Positions 16,704-20,980 of a DNA stretch of 20,980 bases are shown here, one piece after another. The position numbers and the translations under genes were made by a program. Under the pieces are notes generated by a model. That model was not told the origin of the DNA and did no database searches. It saw only the letters and a list, made by a program, of their open reading frames with translations. Source of the DNA: Armatimonadota bacterium (GTDB lineage: Bacteria; Armatimonadota; Zipacnadia; Zipacnadales; UBA5352); NCBI GenBank assembly GCA_034722055.1, contig JAYENL010000264.1, forward strand, positions 1,370 through 22,349. Reading direction: 5' to 3'. The first letter of the stretch is position 1; each line of letters starts with the position of its first letter.

Positions 16704-18170
16704 TTACCTGCTCTGCAGCCGCTGGATGGCGGCCCGCGCCTCGGCCTCCAGATCCTCGTCCTCGGTGAGCTCCACGACGCGCTGCAGGTGCGCAATCGCC
16801 TCCTGCCTCTCATCCAGCTTCACCAGGACCCACGCCAGCCCCCAGTGCGCCGCCACGTGCCGGTCGTCACGCTCCAGGGCGGCGCGGAAGCTCGCGGCTG
16901 CCGCATCGAACTCGCCCCGGCTCTTGAGCGTCATCGCCTCCACGACGAGCTCGTCCGCCGTCAGAGCCTGCGCCCCAGCCCCTTGTTCTTCCAGGGCCAC
17001 AGGGGCCTGCGCGACCACCCGCTCAGCCGCGCTGAGGTCCTGCAGCGCCCTCGTCAGCGCCGCCAGGGCGACCCGCTCGTGCTCCACGGCCGCCTCGATC
17101 ACCGCCGTTGCGGCCTCCCTCACATCGGCCTCAGCCATGCCCTCATTGCAGGCGTCCGGCACCTCATGGGCGGGAAGCTCCTCGCCGCGACAGAGGGTCG
17201 ATCGCATCCGCGCGAGCTGCTCGGCCTCCCGCCGATAGGCCGCCGCAGCCTCCGCGAACGCATCGTGCACGTGGGCGTGCCCCGCCAGCATCATGGCGGC
17301 AGAGGAGCGGGCGTCTGAGAGGGCCATCGCGGTCTCGTACGTGACGCGCCCGGCGTCCGGGAAGGCCTGATGCGCGTCCCCATCGCGCAGAGTCTCGATC
17401 CACGCCTCGTAGGCCCGCAGTCCGCAGACATATCGCCCCTGCAGCCTGCCACCCTCGGGCCAGCGGGCCATCTGCACCGCCCGCGTCAGCACGATCCGCC
17501 AGTCCGGGTCCGGCACCGGCCTCCCCTCATCGTCCAGCACCCACAGCTCGTACTCCGCCTGCCGGCCGCGGGGGCCTCTGACCGTCGAGGGGGCTCTCCT
17601 GCGGTACTGCTCCCGATCACTCCCGTGGGTTCGGCAAAGGACCACGTGCTCGTCGGGATCGTAGCCGCAGATGACCTGGAAGCGAAGCTGGCCGTCATCC
17701 CAGGATATGACGAGGCGGTCGCGATTGATGCTTTGCGCGATGACCTTCCAGGCGGCGTCCACGCTGGCGAGGCGGACGACCTCGGCCCGCACACCGGCGG
17801 AGGCCGCGCCGAGGATGATGGGATCGTGCTGGTAGAAGTGAGCCGCGCCCTCATCATACTTGCCGGGCGCCCATGTCGCACGGAATGCGGCCCCGGAGGC
17901 GACCATGAGCCGCTCGTAGGCCATCCGCTTGCCCATGCCCGACAGCGCCGCCTGCAGGCAGGCGATGGGAGAGCAGGCCCCGGCCGGCGATTCACTGATC
18001 CGCGGCACGTCGTAGGCCCGCACCGGATCGGCGCGGACTGAGACCGCCGCAATACTCCCTACCATCGCCAGCAGGGCGACGAAGGCGGCGACGCGCTGGC
18101 GCAGGATCGCCGACACCAACGCACGTGCCGCAGGCCTGTGGGCTGCCTCTCCTGGTCTGATCAGTGCCAT
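16704..18170 (-). CDS. Exported or membrane-anchored protein with papain/BtrH-N-like domain and C-terminal TPR
   Basis: RBS AAGGAGG. Hydrophobic N-terminal segment. 'IACLQAAL...YERLMVASGAAFR', 'SINRDRLVI...VICGYD', 'YVCGLRAYEAW'. TPR pair 'FDAAAASFRAALERDDRHVAAHWGLAWVL'. Confidence 0.7.
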   Translation of the reverse strand: MALIRPGEAAHRPAARALVSAILRQRVAAFVALLAMVGSIAAVSVRADPVRAYDVPRISESPAGACSPIACLQAALSGMGKRMAYERLMVASGAAFRATWAPGKYDEGAAHFYQHDPIILGAASAGVRAEVVRLASVDAAWKVIAQSINRDRLVISWDDGQLRFQVICGYDPDEHVVLCRTHGSDREQYRRRAPSTVRGPRGRQAEYELWVLDDEGRPVPDPDWRIVLTRAVQMARWPEGGRLQGRYVCGLRAYEAWIETLRDGDAHQAFPDAGRVTYETAMALSDARSSAAMMLAGHAHVHDAFAEAAAAYRREAEQLARMRSTLCRGEELPAHEVPDACNEGMAEADVREAATAVIEAAVEHERVALAALTRALQDLSAAERVVAQAPVALEEQGAGAQALTADELVVEAMTLKSRGEFDAAAASFRAALERDDRHVAAHWGLAWVLVKLDERQEAIAHLQRVVELTEDEDLEAEARAAIQRLQSR

Positions 18171-18202
18171 GCGCACCTCCTTGTGCGATGGTCTGCGAGG
18201 AG

Positions 18203-19786
18203 CTACGGACCGAACGGATCCAGGGCCTCGACCTCCAGCGTCCACTCGCCGCCCGGCATCGCGATCGAGGACGTCTCACCCGGCTGGAGCTCAGCGCGGC
18301 GGCGGAACTGCCACCACCGATGCATCTCGTCACCGGTCATCAGAGCCATGCCCCGCTCCCGGGAAGCCTCGATGAAGTGCCCGAGCATGCGCTTGGCGTC
18401 GGGCGCCCCGTAGGTCCTGCCGGCCTCCTCGGTGGCGCCGGCCGTCCAGCCGTGCAGCAGGTAGCCGGCGACCAGCCCGCGGCCGGCGGCGTAGTCCAGC
18501 CGCTGCTCCACCACATCCCGGAAGCGCTCCCACGTCAGGCGCATGCCGTAAGCGATGTTCGACAGCCGGTCGGCGTCATCGGTGTCGAAGATGGGCAGCT
18601 CCAGCAGCTCCAGTCGCCGGCCGGTCTCCAGGTCCATGATGTCGAAGGGGAGCCGGTTGGAGGTGCCGCAGGGCGAGCAGGTGGCGCGATTGGGGTGGCT
18701 CTGCGTGGGGAAGGTGTTCGACCACTGCACCCCGGCCCGCTCCATGCTCCGCCAGATGTGCGGGTAGTGCTCGATCTCGGTCCGCCCATGGCGCCGCCAG
18801 CCGGGGACCTCGCGCTCATGCCGCTCTTCCAGCGCTCCCAGGCCGAGCACAATGTCCTCGTAGCTGGTGCCGCCCGAGACGTGCAGCGCGATGCAGTTGT
18901 CGCCGACCTCTCCCCGGTCCAGCCGCAGCGGCGGCATGTCGAAGAACGTCGTGTGCACGCCGTAGCGCTCGCAGGTCTCGCAGATGAAACGCACGCCCTC
19001 CTCCGAGTAGCCGCACAGGTCGTGCGTCAGCGCCCCCACGGCGGTGGGCCGGCGACCGTCGATGCGGGGCCACAGGGCTTTGCGCGCCAGCGGCAGCTCC
19101 GGCAGGCTCCAGCGGATAGTCTCGCGCAGGATACCCCGCAGCGTGTCGGCGTAGGTCATCAGCGGCCAGTCCAGCCACTCCGCATCCACGCGGATGTCGA
19201 TGTGCCGGCAGGTGGCGAGGGCGAAGAGCAGGCCCGGCGGGAAGGTCCACACCGCCCTGCGCGGACGCTCCTCCCTGACCACCAGCCCTGGCCCCAGCGC
19301 GTGCCCGTCCATGAGCGAGAGGCTCAGCACCGGCTCCCCGGCGATCCGCCGCTGCTGGTCCTGAAGGTGCGGGATGTGCTTCACCTTCAGCCGCCGCTCG
19401 GCGTCGAGATCGAAGGGCGCGCAGATGGGGTGCTCCCCCAGCTCCAGCCTGCGGAGAAGGCCCTCCCGGCTCGTGCCGATGCCGGCTATGCCCAGCAGCC
19501 GCATCAGGTCCGGGGAGGCGTCCTCGCGCGGGAGGCCGCACCACACCAGCGGCCGGTCGCTGGCGACCACGCAGATCGCCGCCTCCGCGGCCGCGGTCAG
19601 GCACTCCTGCTCGGCCACCACCAGCACGTCGCCGGCCTGCCAATCGTGGGACTGCAGCTCGGTTGCGACGCAGACGGCCAGCGGCAGGCCCTCCTGCTCC
19701 AGGAGCTGCTGCACGCCGTGCAGGTTCAGGCGCGCCTCGACGCTCATCTCCTCAGGATGCGTCAGCACCGCCCGGATGTGGTCCAC
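18203..19786 (-). CDS. Hypothetical protein with C-terminal polysaccharide deacetylase (NodB/CE4-like) fold
   Basis: 'LTHDL', 'HTTFF', 'IALH', 'WRRHG', 'LELPIFDTD', 'YLLHGW' pattern. GTG start behind GGAGG/AGGA. Confidence 0.6.
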   Translation of the reverse strand: MDHIRAVLTHPEEMSVEARLNLHGVQQLLEQEGLPLAVCVATELQSHDWQAGDVLVVAEQECLTAAAEAAICVVASDRPLVWCGLPREDASPDLMRLLGIAGIGTSREGLLRRLELGEHPICAPFDLDAERRLKVKHIPHLQDQQRRIAGEPVLSLSLMDGHALGPGLVVREERPRRAVWTFPPGLLFALATCRHIDIRVDAEWLDWPLMTYADTLRGILRETIRWSLPELPLARKALWPRIDGRRPTAVGALTHDLCGYSEEGVRFICETCERYGVHTTFFDMPPLRLDRGEVGDNCIALHVSGGTSYEDIVLGLGALEERHEREVPGWRRHGRTEIEHYPHIWRSMERAGVQWSNTFPTQSHPNRATCSPCGTSNRLPFDIMDLETGRRLELLELPIFDTDDADRLSNIAYGMRLTWERFRDVVEQRLDYAAGRGLVAGYLLHGWTAGATEEAGRTYGAPDAKRMLGHFIEASRERGMALMTGDEMHRWWQFRRRAELQPGETSSIAMPGGEWTLEVEALDPFGP

Positions 19787-19850
19787 TCCTGATGCCTCCA
19801 GTCCTGACCGATCACGGCGAGAAGTCCGCTATGCCCTTCCGCGTACCCCA

Positions 19851-20980
19851 TCACCCCTGTGGCAGGTCCAGGTCCCGAACACGCCTCTCACCGCGCCAGA
19901 GCTGCCATCGCCCGGTGGTGTAGAGCATCTCACACACACGCACCTGCCCCGCCGGGCTCGTCTCGCCGGTATTCTCCACGCGCAGCGAGATCACGTTCGT
20001 CGCGTCGGGGCCGACCGCCTCGGCGATGTCAACGCGATGTTCGATCCACGAGCCGTCCCCCAGCATGGGTCGGCACGAGACCTCACGCCCGTTGACCAGC
20101 AGCAGCTTCCGGAACAAGCCGCGCCCGCCGGTGGCGTCCCGGCAGAGGTCGGACTCCCAGAAGCGGAGCTGCAGGCCGTCCGCGGCATCCACGGGGACGG
20201 GGATATCGACCTGCACCGCCCCACCGGGCGCTGCGGGTGCCTCGGCCGGATGGGCGAATTGGCGACAGGCGCACGGCCGGGAGCCGATGGGCCGCTGGAC
20301 CATCCCCTCGTCGCGCCACGCCCCGGTGAGGCGCACACCTCCGGCAATCTCGAAGTCCCGATCCCCATGCTGCTGAGATGCTCCCGGCGGCTCATCGGCC
20401 TCGCCGGGCTCCACGCAGATCAGAGCGTAGCGCGCCAGCTCGGGGACCGTGATGCGCGTGAAGCCCCGGGCTGGCGCCGGGCGCGCGTCCAGGTGCCAAA
20501 CGCCGTCGAAGTCTGGGGAGAGCATGCGCGCGTGACACGGCCCGTCCACCCGAAGATCGAAGACGAGCGGGCGCTCGACCCACGGGTAGACCACCTCCGT
20601 GCCCTTGTCGATCTCCGCGCCGTCCGGCCCCACCTCTGTCAGTTGCAGGTTGAGCAGATGCACCACCAGCCGCTCGCCATCCGCAGTGCGCTGGGTGAGG
20701 ACATTCGTCACCACGCCTGGCGGCACGGACACGCGCCTCAGTGGCCTCGCGGCCTTGGCACCGACGGCCCACAGCATGACGTCGTGGAGCTCCCGGGCCG
20801 GGGGAGCGGTCCACGTGCCGCCGCGGGAGCCCAGGTAGTTCACCACGTGACAGCTCTGCTGTCCGGCCGCGAAGGCGACGTAGATGCCCTCACCGCCGCC
20901 GTAGCGATGGGTCACGATCCCCGGCTGGCCGTCCTCGCCGGTCACCAGCGAGGCCGCGCGCTGGCTGCCCTCGGCCTGCT
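19851..20980 (-). CDS. 3' part of a large glycoside-hydrolase-like protein (trimerisation/GATase-like and beta-sandwich domains), running off the right edge
   Basis: Frame stays open to the window end. 'PGIVTHRYGGGEGIY', 'RLVVHLLN', 'LSPDF...ITVPELARYALI' are typical of C-termini of GH42-like proteins. Confidence 0.6.
   Translation of the reverse strand, partial: QAEGSQRAASLVTGEDGQPGIVTHRYGGGEGIYVAFAAGQQSCHVVNYLGSRGGTWTAPPARELHDVMLWAVGAKAARPLRRVSVPPGVVTNVLTQRTADGERLVVHLLNLQLTEVGPDGAEIDKGTEVVYPWVERPLVFDLRVDGPCHARMLSPDFDGVWHLDARPAPARGFTRITVPELARYALICVEPGEADEPPGASQQHGDRDFEIAGGVRLTGAWRDEGMVQRPIGSRPCACRQFAHPAEAPAAPGGAVQVDIPVPVDAADGLQLRFWESDLCRDATGGRGLFRKLLLVNGREVSCRPMLGDGSWIEHRVDIAEAVGPDATNVISLRVENTGETSPAGQVRVCEMLYTTGRWQLWRGERRVRDLDLPQG

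Noticed and set aside
1..20980. CRISPR array, tRNA/rRNA, IS element
   Set aside because: No regularly spaced repeats, cloverleaf or rRNA signatures, or transposase ORF were recognised; intergenic spaces are short.

Overview
High-GC bacterial DNA; the gene content (DUF1559/H-X9-DG pilin-like genes, DUF6259- and DUF6785-like genes, many secreted glycosidase-like proteins) suggests an Armatimonadota/PVC-like organism (inference). The window is mostly a carbohydrate-catabolism neighbourhood: MFS transporter, Asp-box sialidase-like protein, several large glycoside-hydrolase-like proteins, a Gfo/Idh/MocA oxidoreductase, a URO-D-fold protein, a Zn-dependent sugar-alcohol dehydrogenase, a DUF6785/OPT-like membrane protein, a TPR protein and a deacetylase-fold protein. 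The most unusual part is 3239-4700. Two DUF1559/H-X9-DG genes, both lacking the prepilin N-terminus, are joined back-to-back at about 4021/4022. Two tandem palindromes lie at the junction and a 9-bp direct repeat brackets the + strand unit. This could be a silent-cassette or recombination system for pilin-like tips, an ordinary deletion, or an assembly artefact. Two more 5'-truncated gene tails (3239-3352, 13956-14090) and a Gfo/Idh/MocA protein with altered catalytic motifs are also noted. No rRNA, tRNA, CRISPR array, transposase or recombinase was recognised. Family assignments come from recalled motifs, not from database searches.
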